Assembly: GCA_034780895.1 (NCBI GenBank)
Contig: JAUZTB010000001.1
Coordinates: 72,769,777-72,833,776, forward strand
From: Rhynchobatus australiae
Taxonomy: Eukaryota
Reading direction: 5' to 3'
Length of the DNA stretch: 64,000 bases
Under the pieces are notes generated by a model. It was not told the origin of the DNA. It worked only from the letters and a program-made list of their open reading frames with translations, and did not search any database. A program made the position numbers and the translations under genes. How positions within the stretch are numbered: position 1 is the first letter of the stretch; every line of letters begins with the position of its first letter. Shown one piece after another: positions 12,095-23,715 of the stretch.

Positions 12095-12298
12095 TCCCAC
12101 CACTCAACCTGCACACCAGTGGCCAATTAACCTATCAACCCGCACGCCTTTGGGATGTGGGAGGAAACTGGAGCACCCAGAGAAACATTCACACGGAGAA
12201 CATGAAAACGCCACACAGATAGCACCAGAGGTCGGGATTGAACCCAGATCTCTGGTGCTGTGAGGTAGTATATCTACCAGCTGCGCCAATGTGCCACT
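12095..12298 (-). mobile_element. tRNA-derived SINE (HE1/V-SINE-like); related copies at 41525-41722(-), 50014-50222(+), 54925-55085(-), 61780-61990(-), 62500-62712(-)
   Basis: Shared core tgtgggaggaaactggagcacccagag...gggagaac...aaactccacacag and B-box-like ggttcaatccc on the minus strand. Confidence 0.75.
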
Positions 12299-12543
12299 GT
12301 TAAATCTTTGCTTTCTCTCCTCTTGAATACAATCGTCTTCTTTGTGTCCTTTCCAAGGGTTTGATCCCCATTCAAGTGTGGGGGGTCTCAGAAATAATTT
12401 AAGCAAGGAGTTCTGAATTATGTGTCATGATGTGCTGGTTTAAATGCTGCTAAGCTGCCCGCTGATGCATTTTATTCCTTCTGTGATGGCCCCTCATTTC
12501 CCCTTCACTTTGGTGATATTTTTCCTCCCTTTTCCTTCCACAG

Positions 12544-12633
12544 GCCTCCACCCTGGCACAGAGTACAAAATCAACATCTACACCCTCAGCGGCATGTCTC
12601 GCAGCCCACCTTCCTCCATCGTAGCTCGAACTG
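12544..12633 (+). CDS. FN1: Fibronectin exon, FnIII-13 second half
   Basis: ccacag| ... CTG|gtaagg; GLHPGTEYKINIYTLSGMSRSPPSSIVART. Confidence 0.95.
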
Positions 12634-12689
12634 GTAAGGATCCCACCCAGGCAAGGGGTTGATTCTGGTTGCTTTGATGCCGTCATAGA

Positions 12690-13090
12690 GTTGGGACAAC
12701 ACAGAAACAGGCCCTTCAGCCCACCATGGCCATGCCAACCAATGAGTACCCATCTATACTCACCCATTTGGTCCGTAGCCTTCTATGCCTTGGCGTTTCA
12801 AGTGCGGCTTAAATGCTGTGAGAGTACCTACCTCTACTGTGCCCTTGGGCAGTCGTTTCCAGATTCCAACCACCCTCTGTGTGGGGGGGCAAACATTCTT
12901 CTTCAGATCCCCTCTAAACCTCTTAACCCTTTGCTATGGGGAAAACTTTCCTGCTCTCTGGCCTACCTATGCCTCTTGTGTACCTCTGTCAGGTTCCCCC
13001 TCGGCCTCCTCTGCTCCAAGGTAAACAACCTCAGCCTATCCGGTCCCTCCTTAAAACTGAGCCACTCCTTTCCAGGCAACGTCCTGGCCT
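12690..13090 (-). mobile_element. CR1-like LINE 3' fragment
   Basis: Minus translation includes LFTLEQRRPRGNLTEV (CR1 RT C-terminus); 3' end gggctgaagggcctgtttctgtgttgt. Confidence 0.7.
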
Positions 13091-13460
13091 GCTCTGCCAC
13101 TGTGCCATTGCAGAACAGCATATTGCTCCTCACAGAGGGGGGGCCTGACCTACCTTTGCTATTCCAGGGCTGACTAGCACACTTTGGAGAGAGGAGAGTA
13201 CAGAGGGGCATCCCTCTGCAGCCATTCAACCACCCTCTCCTTATTTTGGTGGTGCCCGATCTCTGAAGCCAAGGCTCGGTGTGTTGAAGGAGCTTAGGAT
13301 AGATGGACTGCAGCTTGGAGGCCTTGCCCGGGAGCAGGTGCTTCCATTCCAGAAGCGCTAGTGGTTGCCAGACAGGGAGCAGGATAGGCACTGATTTCCA
13401 AGCGAAGCAGCTGAAGTAACCCGTCTCTCCCATGTTTCAAACCCACCTCTCCCATCCCAG

Positions 13461-13640
13461 CTATCGATTCTCCATCGAACCTCAGGTTCATCTCCGTGAC
13501 GGAAAACACCATCATGTTCACGTGGCAGCGTCCCCGATCCAAGATCACAGGGTACCACATCACCTACTACGCCAAGGGAGGCCATCCAGTGGAGCTCCGC
13601 CCTCGGCCTTCAGCCAACGCCCAAGAAGCAGTGATCACAG
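13461..13640 (+). CDS. FN1: Fibronectin exon, FnIII-14 first half
   Basis: tcccag| ... CAG|gtaaat; AIDSPSNLRFISVTENTIMFTWQRPRSKITGY...EAVIT. Confidence 0.96.
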
Positions 13641-13774
13641 GTAAATGTTGCCTGCAGACACCCAACGGTGGCCCCTTACAGCTTCTGGGTGGATCCACTC
13701 GGCAGTCGGAGCTTTGGGATTTGCCGTTGGCCTGGGCGTAAAGCCACCAGGACAGCCCACAGCCATCTTGTTTG

Positions 13775-14900
13775 GATGAAAAATGAGCTGCTGGAGGAAC
13801 TCAGCAAGTCAGGCAGCATCCAAGGAGGGAAACAGTCAAGCTAACTTTGCAGGTCGCGCCCCTTCACCTGAGCTAAAAGATGGAGGGGAGATGGTCAGTA
13901 TAAAGATGTGAGGGGAGGGAGTGGAGCAGGAGCTGGCAGGTGATATGTGGATCCAGGTGAGGCGGGGAGGGGGGTTTAATGGACAGTTGGAGTTGGGTAG
14001 GGGAGGGAGNNNNNNNNNNNNNNNNNNNNNNNNNNNNNNNNNNNNNNNNNNNNNNNNNNNNNNNNNNNNNNNNNNNNNNNNNNNNNNNNNNNNNNNNNNN
14101 NNNNNNNNNNNNNNNNNNNNNNNNNNNNNNNNNNNNNNNNNNNNNNNNNNNNGGGGGGGGAAACCCAGTGGGAGGAGTGTGTGGGGGTTTTGGGCAGGTG
14201 GGGGAGGAGAAAGAAACTGGGTGATGGGGGGGTTGGAAAGAAGGGTGTCTGGGTAAATCAGGAGACAAAGCGACAGAGGAGGAGCAGGTTACTTGAAACT
14301 GAAGAATTCACGCTGTCGGGTTGTACTCTACCCAGGCGGAATACGAGGTGCTGTTCCTCTAGGTTGTGTTTAGCCTCTGCCAGGCAGTGGAGGAGGCAGA
14401 GGACACATGGGTTGGTGTGGGAACGGGAAGGAGAGTTAAAATGACAGGCAACCAGAAGCTCCAGACGGCCATTGCAGACAGAAGGCAGGTGCCCACCAAA
14501 GTGGTTGCTTGGTCTCGCTGAGGTAGAGGAGGCCACATTGAGAGCACCGAATGAAGGAGACAAGATTGGAGGAGGTGCTTGTGAATGTTTGCCTCACCTG
14601 GAAGGGCTGGGTAGGCCCCTGGATTGAGGTGAGGGAGGAGGTGCAGGGATAGTGTTAGACCTCCTATGGTTACAGGGGAAAGTGCCTGGGCAGGGAGGGT
14701 AATGGGTGGGCAAGGATGAACAGACCAGTGAATCAGGGAGAGAGTGATCCCTGCGGAAAGTAGAAAGGCGCGGGGAGGGGAAGGTGTGACCGGTGGTGGG
14801 ATCAAGTTGTAGCTGGCAGAAATATCGAAGAATGATGTGCTGGATGCGCAGGGTTACAAAGAGAGAGGCCTCTGCCGAGGATGGACCAGGAGAGTGGGAC
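13775..14900 (-). mobile_element. Penelope-like element remnant (RT C-terminus, GIY-YIG, terminal repeat)
   Basis: ACHFNSPSRSHTNPCVLCLLHCLAEAKHNLEEQHLVFRLGRVQP and terminus gctggaggaactcagcaagtcaggcagcatc. Confidence 0.75.
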
Positions 14901-15499
14901 ATCTTAGGGGATAGTGAAGGCTTGTCAGGTTGGAGCTGGGGGCAAACCTGGGGTCCAAAGGAAGTAATGGGAGGGGGGTATTAACATGGTGGGGAGAAGA
15001 AGGCTTAGAAGAGAGAGCAGTTGGGGATGGCATATGAGATCAGGGGTGGGTGGGGGTGTTTGGCTTGATAGGCAGCAGAAGAAGAGTGGTGGGGTCCCCA
15101 CCCGTCCCCAGGCAGAGCCCCCACCCTTTTGGGCAATTCAGTGGATCCTTCTGTTAATCAGTACAGACTGGGCAGCTTCTTCCTTGTTTGGCCCGGCGCT
15201 GAGCTGTGTGGAGAGCTGAGACCACAAGGGGGAGATTTAGGGGGAGATTCAATAACAGGAGAGGAACATCTTAACAGGTTTCCAGAGGATGGACTGAGAC
15301 CATCTTCCCTGTATTGCAAGCCCTGTTCTGGAATTAAATCAGAACCTTTTGTCATTAAGAAAGGGATAAACAGTTGGCATGTGTGAGAATGAGCAGAGGA
15401 ATAGGATTAATTGGAATCCTTTTGAAAAGCAGGCAAGTGCACAATAGGATAATTTGTCCTGTGCCACACAGTCTTATGTGATTCATTATCAAAATAACA

Positions 15500-16415
15500 A
15501 GTATGCTGGAGATGTTCAGAGGGTCAAACAGCTTCTGTGGAAAAGGAAGTTAAGTTAACATTTTAGATGATGATTCTTGTATGATTTAGATTCTGTTGTC
15601 TGTACCTAAGTGCCTGTGATGCTGCTGCAGGCAAGTTTATCATTGTACTGTACCTCACCGTACTTGTGCATGTGACCACAAACTTGACATTGTCAGAACC
15701 AGGAAAGTACAAACAAGTTCGTTTTAAGTTGTGGGGGGGATGGATAGAAAGGAAGTATCTTCAAGAGTGTGGCTGGAGTTGCCACAGTGATAAACTATTG
15801 ATGTAGAAATATGGTTGTTATTAATGACAGTTAGAGAGAGAGGGAGAGAAAATGCAACTAAGGGACATCTGAAAGCTGTGAAATGCAGGTCAGAGCTGTA
15901 GGAAATGCCAGCAGATCAGGTCATCTCAGTGGAGAGAGAAAAACTGAGCTGATATTACTGAATAATTTATCTTGCAGCAGAACTGCCCTGTCCTGACACA
16001 CAGTGAATTAATTGAAATTGTGGGGTTTGATATTGAGTCCAGAAGGCTGTGATGTGCCAAGAAGGAAGGTAAAATGCTGTTCCTCAAGCTTGCATTGGGA
16101 CTCATTATAACAGTGCAGGAGGTCAGAGTGGGAATGGGATGGAGAATTCAAATGACAGGCAATAGGAAGCTCAGTGTCACTGCTGTGGCCTGAATGCAGG
16201 TGCTCTGCAAAGCGGTCACCGGATTTGTGTTTGGTTTCCCGCTCACATTTTGAGGACAGAATGCTGTACGCTAGATTGGAAGAAGTGCAAGTGAATCTCT
16301 GCTTCAGCTGGAAGCACTGCCCATTGCCTGTCACATCCACTCTGACCTATCTGTGGCCTCCTGCACTGCTGCAAAGGCCCAATGCAAGCTTGAGGAACAG
16401 TGCCTCATCTTCCAA
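15500..16415. mobile_element. Penelope-like remnant (minus) with adjacent inverted partial copy (plus)
   Basis: GDRFAEHLHS...ACHLNSPSHSHSD...KLEEQHFTFLLG on -, KAQCKLEEQCLIF on +. Confidence 0.7.
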
Positions 16416-16592
16416 ATTGCTTTCAATCAAAGCAATATTCTGAAGGGACAACACTTCCTGCTTGACATCCTGACCAACGGTTATCCATCTCGCCCTCATT
16501 CTGATCTTTTTCAGGAAATAGCTGGGATCATATTCCCACAAACGTGGTCCGTTCCAACAACCTAAACCATTAAACTTTCTCCCTCCCGTTAG

Positions 16593-16682
16593 GGTTAAAG
16601 CCTGGAACTGAGTACATCATCAACATTCGAGCTATTCAGAACTCCCTGCAGAGTGAGCTGCTGACCGGGAGGAAGAGTACAG
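16593..16682 (+). CDS. FN1: Fibronectin exon, FnIII-14 second half
   Basis: cgttag| ... CAG|gtgagg; GLKPGTEYIINIRAIQNSLQSELLTGRKST; not in ORF track. Confidence 0.94.
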
Positions 16683-19053
16683 GTGAGGGATTTCTTACGG
16701 CAAGTAAGAGGAAGGTCGAACCAGTTCATACACCCCTTTGTCTTGTATTTGGATCATGCATTCAGCATGTTTTAACTTCACCCTGGCAACATGAGGCTTT
16801 GTTGCAACTTCTCACAGCTTAAAATGAGGACTTGTCATTTGTGGAGTTTATTCCCTTGAGGGCAAATCACAAATAGAGTATAATTACTTAGGAGAGTTTG
16901 GATTACAACTAAAGCCAGATGTTTGGACTTCAGAAACTGCTGGGTTTAATCAGCAAGACTTTTTGGCAGCCCTTGGTAAGGTCCTATTAAATGATCCATG
17001 TTTCCGACTGCCTTGTAGTTAATGGAGAAAAGGGCTGATATGTGTTCACTGAATGCCTCGAGGCAGCAAGATCAGCTTGTCGACGAGACAGGTTTTAAGC
17101 TGCTGGTGCCTATTAGTACAAACTTCCTTGCGCTGCAGTGTGGAAAGTGCAAGTTGGTGGTGGTGTGTGTAGGGTAAACACATGGTTGTGAGTCCATGTG
17201 CATGTATGTGGGTCTAGTGTGTGTGTGTGCTTGTTGTATGTGTATGCACTTATGTGCATGTGGGGAGGTGCAGTAGTTTCCCACCCAGGGTGCACACCAT
17301 CCTGACTCAGCCTCTCCTTCACCAACACTGGTTCAGAACCCCAGAACTCCTCACCTATCAGAATGGTGGGAGCACCTTCACCACACAGACGGGCTGGTTC
17401 AGGAAGGCTCACTCCTCCTCCTCCAGGGCCCATAGGAGCCATCAGTGGTGTTGGCCCCAGCAGTAATGATACCCCCTCCCAAGGACTCATTTAAAAACCT
17501 GTTGAATATGATAATGTTTTGCCTTCTTTCCAACACAGTACCCAGAAGTGAAGCAGGCATGGGGGAGTAGACAGAACATCGACAGTGTTCCTGCACTTTA
17601 AGATCTTCAACCAATAATGCCTTTTTAAGTGTTTTTTTTAACCCAGGTGCTTTATACTTTCAAGGCAAACAAAAGGACCCAAGTCAGATTCTGTTGCAAA
17701 CAGTATTATTCGCACCCTCTCACACAGTTAATCATGAAATACTTGGGCACTATCTGTTCCTAGTCCCAAACACTGACCATTACACTTGGGGCAGTCACAG
17801 ATGTCTTGACTGGGCTCCCGGGGTCCAGGGTTCTCTGCAGTCAGTCTTTTGCCTCAGGTGATGCCAGTGACGCAGTCGCTCCCTCGGTCGTAGCCCTCAA
17901 GATAGCTGGCTATGGTCCTCACTGGCTACTGTCAAGGTTCTTCACTACTGACCACCAGGTGGAGTTATCACTGCTCTGACTTGCTGATGGGGTGGGGTTA
18001 GTTATACCCCTGCTGTGGACCTCCAGAAACTTGGAAGGCAAGGTGAGAGGGCCACTGCTAGTCACTTCAAAATATAATGTGTTTGGGGGAAGCTTTGAAT
18101 GGCAACCCTCCAAATAAGGTAGAGACAGGAAACAGAGGCTCCATTGAGTCTGTTTCTCCCCTGGAGTGACATTTGTGTTGAATATTCAGTCACTAATCAA
18201 TAGGCCTGCATGCGGTCAGTGACACCTGTTCTTGCCATGGTATCACTAACCTGTGATTGAATGTCTGGTCCAGCTAATTTTGAGGATTTGGATCTTCCAC
18301 TTTTTTTTAAGATCAGCTTGGCCAACCTTCCCATGATTTCCAGCTCCCTGTTCTGAGGAGCTGTTTGTCCTCAGCATCCATGCTGGGTAACTGCATAACG
18401 TGCCCAGTGAGGGGTCAAGGAGCTCTCACTGCTCAGCTTGGGCAGGGTTGCAGTATCCCTATTTGAGTTGCGATTAAGAAGTTTACCTTTTGAAGTATAT
18501 TTTATGTTTAGTTACTGATCCAAGTGCATTTTTGAGTGTCAAATGCCTTGCTGATGTCAGGAGACAGATTTAACCAGTTTAACAGGTGCCACAAGTCAAG
18601 TTCACCAGTGTCTGATGCCAATTTAACCAGTAACAGTTCACACTGTTTACATTACGTCTTGGTAGTTTGTCGCGTGTCTCTGGTGTGGCCGAGAAGTACT
18701 GCAGCACTGCTGGGTTACACTTCCCCTTGAGATGGACGGTTCCTCACACTGTGCCCCCTCACTGAATTACTAAATGGTACCAGTGGACTGACGCTGCAGC
18801 ATGTCCTGTAGCTGGCCTCCTTGCCCGCCAAGCTCTTGTTTCAGCCAACCTGCACCCTGGCTCAGCGCACCCCTCTGCCTCCTCACCATAGGTGCTGCTG
18901 CACAGCCAGTGCTGCCCTTAATGCATGCTGCGTTCAATGTGTGTGGACCATCCTCGCTGGTTCCCAGCTTGTTTTAACCCTGCTCTGCGCAGCCATCAAA
19001 AGCAATTATTGCTGCGGGCAGCTTACTAACCTTGCATCACTCTTCTGCTTCAG

Positions 19054-19553
19054 AAGCCCTCTTCCCGCAGCTTACCACTTTCCTCCCGCCTGAAAGACAC
19101 CAGCAGCCTGGGTCCTGGAGTGGTCGCTTGCCCCTTGACTCGTCAAGGCCGCTCACAGATCCCAGTCATGACAAGCGGAATGGTGTATCAGTTTCAGGAT
19201 CAGATCAAGGCCATTGGCAGCCACCGAAGACTTATCCCACTGAGGTGGACAACAGCGACAGCCATCGGCAACACCCCTTCACCCACATCAGGCCGATCAA
19301 CAACACACTAGGCCAGCAGGAAGGTGAGGGTGACAGAGTGTCAGAGCACTACGTTGTCACTCCCACCTTGCCCTCCCATCACCACCAAGCAGAATTCGTG
19401 GAGGAGAGTGGGCGGCAACCAGAGCGACCTGGTGGCCAGCCGTATGGAAGCGATGCACTGCAGACGTACACCATCTCCTGGAATCCAGTTGCTGACGCCA
19501 ACGAGTACCTGGTCTCGTGTTACCCAGCTGAGAGTGACAAGCTACTCCTGCAG
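19054..19553 (+). CDS. FN1: Fibronectin V/IIICS region (~131 aa) plus FnIII-15 first half
   Basis: TACTAAC branch point then cttcag| ... CAG|gtaact; begins EALFPQLTT, ends GSDALQTYTISWNPVADANEYLVSCYP...LQ (free Cys of III-15 retained). Confidence 0.92.
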
Positions 19554-20450
19554 GTAACTAGAGATTTCCCGATTGCACGTTTTATTGATGTTCTGCCCAA
19601 GAATCTCGAATCCTAGTTAATCACCGAGGAAGAACTTCCAATTCTCAGTTTTGGAATGATTGGAGGAGGTGAAGAATGTCACTAGGTTAGTCATAGAGTC
19701 CTAGAGCACAGACAGGCTCTTCAGCCCGCTCTGCCCATGCTGGCTATTGTACTTATCTGTACTGGAACCACTGGCCCATATTTGCTCCCAAGCCTTCTGT
19801 ATCTAGGTGATTCAAATGCTTGTCTGGATGCTTATGAAAATGTGGTGAGAGTCCCTGCCTTCACCACTCCCTCAGGTCAATTGGTGAATCCCCTGTGGTC
19901 ACGAGGAGAACAGGCAAATTCGCCAGCAGTCAGGATCGAACCTGGATCACTGGAGGTGTGAGGAAGCAGCTCCATTAGCTGTGCCACAGCGCTGTCCTAG
20001 AGATCCACAACTGAGATCAATAAACCCTTGTCTATCCTGTTCAAAAGCCCCAGGTCCTCTCTGGCTCACTGAAACATCAAAAGGCCCCAACCCCCATCCC
20101 ATCTAAAGATTAATCCTCTGGTGTTTAAGGAAATGGAGTTGCATTTATTCAAACCGCTCAGTCAGAGGCCAGAGTAACCCCTTCCACAAAATGGACGAGG
20201 ATTGCATGTCCTTGACTATATTGGGAAACCAGAGTGGCTGAAAGTGCTGGAAACTCTCAGCAGGTCAGGCAGTATCAGTGGAGCGAGACAGAGTTAACGT
20301 TTTAGGTCAAAGACTTCTTAAGAACTGGGAAAGGGAAAAAAACTGGCAGCTTTAAGCAGCTGCCAAGGATCTGGTAGGTCAAAGGGAATGCCTCCTGTTA
20401 GGGTGAGGCCAGGGTTGCTGTGGTGATAAGCGGATGTGTCTGCCTTCCAG

Positions 20451-20589
20451 GTGCGGGTACCAGGAACTTTATCTTACGCTATGCTTCATGGCCTTAAATA
20501 CGGGGAGCAGTACAACATTGTAGTGGAAGCTCTGAATGGTGATGGTAAACGCACAATATTGGAGGAAACAATCACCGCTAATCAACAAT
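20451..20589 (+). CDS. FN1: Fibronectin exon, FnIII-15 second half
   Basis: ttccag| ... AAT|gtaagt; VRVPGTLSYAMLHGLKYGEQYNIVVEAL. Confidence 0.95.
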
Positions 20590-23269
20590 GTAAGTCTGAG
20601 TCTAACTATTGCAGCAATGTGAAGATTCAGGTGGTAAGAAACTTCTACAGATCCTTGATGTACTTTTACCTCCCACCCACCCCCACCCCCTCCCAACTCC
20701 ATCCAGTTCTATCTGCCATCACCCGTGGGGACTCTCCCCACCTCCATCGGCAGCAGCCTAGCCAACCTACCTAGCTCCACCTGGTTTGTCTGCCCCCCTC
20801 CTCGACCTGTCCACCTCCCCTCACCAAGGTGGCCTTCCACCTCTCTGGCCCCTCCCCCTCTTCGCTGAGATGTTCCCCACCCAACTTCTTCTCCCGCTGC
20901 ACCCCCATTACCCATTCCCCATGCATGCAGCCATATTTGGTTCAGAAGGGGTAGGCATTAAAACCTCCTGGTCTCTGGTGCCCCTACACATGGACCTTCT
21001 TTCTTTGCCAGCAACTACAATCAAGTAGTGTTTGACCAGTGGCATAAGTCTGGTCAAACACTCAGGTCCCCAGGTAACGTGAACGAACAACAGGGCCATA
21101 TTGGCAGTGCAGTAGATCTGCAACCAGTGGACTCTGCCTTCTCTACCTACCACCCTGCAGCCTCCCCCACCCCCTCCATTGCAGCACTAAATCCAAAGCA
21201 ACTTTCTGGCAATTCGCCCTCTCAAAATTTCAGAGTTAATCAGCACTCCCACCCCACCACCATAGACCCCACAGCCAACCAAGCCGCCAACTCCAGCGCG
21301 AGAGACGGGCAGCCAATCTACTTGCCATGAGATGTTTGCATTAGAAGGGAAGTCACCCGAGTTCCAGTCTGTCAACCCTGCCCACCCTTCAAGCTGTGAA
21401 TAGTGAAACTGTGAACAGTGTATAAGNNNNNNNNNNNNNAGCAAGTGATGTTCCGCTCATTGTGAGTTCTGCTGGTTGGAAGCTCATGGCTTTCCACCAA
21501 TAAGATTGTGTAACAAAGGTGGGGAATGAAGTTAGGATTGAGAGGCTGGATGGTCACTCTGCCCTGTTCTTCTGATCCTGTGGCTGTTTGAAACCATTTA
21601 AACGCCATGTTCTGGCAGCGTAGAGGAATACTCAGACTGCTCTGACTTCAGGACTGCACCAAAACCTCCCTCCCTGTGGCTGGGTAAGAGCAGTTTGGCA
21701 ACTGAATGTGGCAACAAGGTGGTTACTGTCAGTTGGTCTGCCTCGGGGGGTGGGGGAGCAGGGTAAGAGATGTGGGAGGGGCTCTGCCAGTCTCACGAAT
21801 CCATGTGGTCTCTTTCAGATGAATTGGTACTGAGTACAAGTGACCTGCACTTTAATCCAGCGCAGGTGTACATGCTGCATCCTGGCCCTGTGCGTCCTAT
21901 CCCAGGCTGGGCTCTGGAGATGTCCACACTCTCCACCTACGTGGGCTTGGAGAGTCGGGTATTTACTGGTGGCAGTCACGTTCGCTGTGCTGCAGTTAGG
22001 CCGTGGAGAGTAATGCACTTTAGTCAATGTGAAGTAGCCCGTGCCTTTTGAATTAACGAAGCACACAAGTAATGTCCAGAGTTCAGGCTAGGATGGGCCT
22101 GAAGAGAGGAGTGTACAGATGTGAAAGATTGCCCTTGTGATTTGGAGTATATATGCGTGTATTGGGTGAACCTCTGCACACAAGGCAGACCCCTTCCTCT
22201 GCTGCCTCCAGGGAATTTATCACTCCTGTTTGAAAAATATTCTGCTTGTTAAAATTCCAGACATTCACGTCTGCCCACAACCACACATACACCAGTCGTG
22301 TTCTCTGTGGGTAGCGCACTTCCCTCCAGCACAGAACAGGGATAGTTCTTCCCCCACTCTGCCCCTTCTGGAATGGGGATCGATTTTCTCACCTCCCCCC
22401 TTAGCTCCAGGACAGGGATCGTTCTCTCCCTCCTTCACTCAGGGACAGGCTCTCGGCCACAGTGTTAGGATCTGCCCCTATTGCTCCCTCTGAACTCTAG
22501 AGACCCCACAGAAATATTTTGATTGAAAAGCAAGTGGCATTCTTCCCTGACTACTGTTTATCCCTGACAGTCTGGTCCTTAGCATGTTTTGTGGGATCTT
22601 CCTGTGCACAAGTTGGAATATCTTGCCGTGAGATGACGTTTCATTGCTTGTACTGTTCCCACCAGCAGGTTCCTATCCAGTCCTTTGGCAGCAATTCTTT
22701 CCCTCGTATTTTCCTGTGATGCACAAGGAGGCCATTGGGCCCATTGAATCTGCGTCGGTTCACAGCATCCCAATGGGTCCCATTACCCCTTTTTAAGGGG
22801 AAGTTCGGCCAGACCTGCAGAGTAAGCCTGCCGAGCTTGAATCTGCCTCTTGGTCCAGTGCCTCTGCAATTATTATTGCAGGGTTGCAGACACTTCTGGC
22901 AGAACAACCTCCGGTTATGTCGAGCGTTTCACAATACCGGGACGTTGCAAAGTAAAGTCCCTTTTGGGTTGTTTTCACTGCATGTGGGGAGTAAATGGAG
23001 TTGCGGGTGGTGTCATTCCTGAATAAAAGATACAAGGATGTGAGGAATAATGATCTGAAAAGGGCAATGGGAACAGAATCAGTCGTGGCCTTCAAAGGGT
23101 AATTGGAGAGGCACTTGACAGGAGAGTGGGAAAGTGTTGTAGAATGGGATTCTACCTGGACACAGAATAGACTGGGCTGAATGGCCTCGTATGGTAACAG
23201 TTCCACTATTCTGTAAAATACAGCACCGGGTTTCAGTCCAACAATCCTATAAACGGCAGTGTGAATGTG

Positions 23270-23715
23270 GCCATTGGTATTGGTTTATTATTGTCACTTG
23301 TACTGAGGTACAGTGAAAAACTTGTCTTGCATACCAATCGTACAGGTCNNNNNNNNNNNNNNNNNNNNNNNNNNNNNNNNNNNNNNNNNNNNNNNNNNNN
23401 NNNNNNNNNNNNNNNNNNNNNNNNNNNNNNNNNNNNNNNNNNNNNNNNAGCTGTCCTTACATCTGGTGATACGTGCCCTCAGGCTCCTGTATCTTCTACC
23501 CAATGGAAGAGAAGAGAAGAAAGAATGTCCCGGGTGGGTGGGGTCTTTGATTATGCTGACAGCTTCACCAAGACAGCGAGAGGTAAAGACAGAGTCCAAG
23601 GAGGGGAGGCTTGTGTCTGTGATGTGATGTCCACAAGTTTCTTGCGGTCCTGGGCAGAGCAGTTGCTGTACCAAGCCATGATACATCCAGGTAAGATGCT
23701 TTCTGTGGTGCTGCT
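23270..23715 (-). mobile_element. Rex1-like LINE 3' fragment; same 3' tail at 25090-25230
   Basis: TESILPGCIMAWYSNCSAQDRKKL and IIKDPTHPGHSFFSSLPLGRRYRS; tail aataataaaccaatacc repeated. Confidence 0.7.

Noticed and set aside
17280-17470. Pro/Ser-rich stretch that might be an extra V-region exon
   Set aside because: Phase-1 entry at the AGs I tested hits stop codons, and there is no convincing donor
19061-19070. Strong-looking acceptor cttcccgcag inside the V exon
   Set aside because: Out of phase with the upstream phase-1 donor; would frameshift
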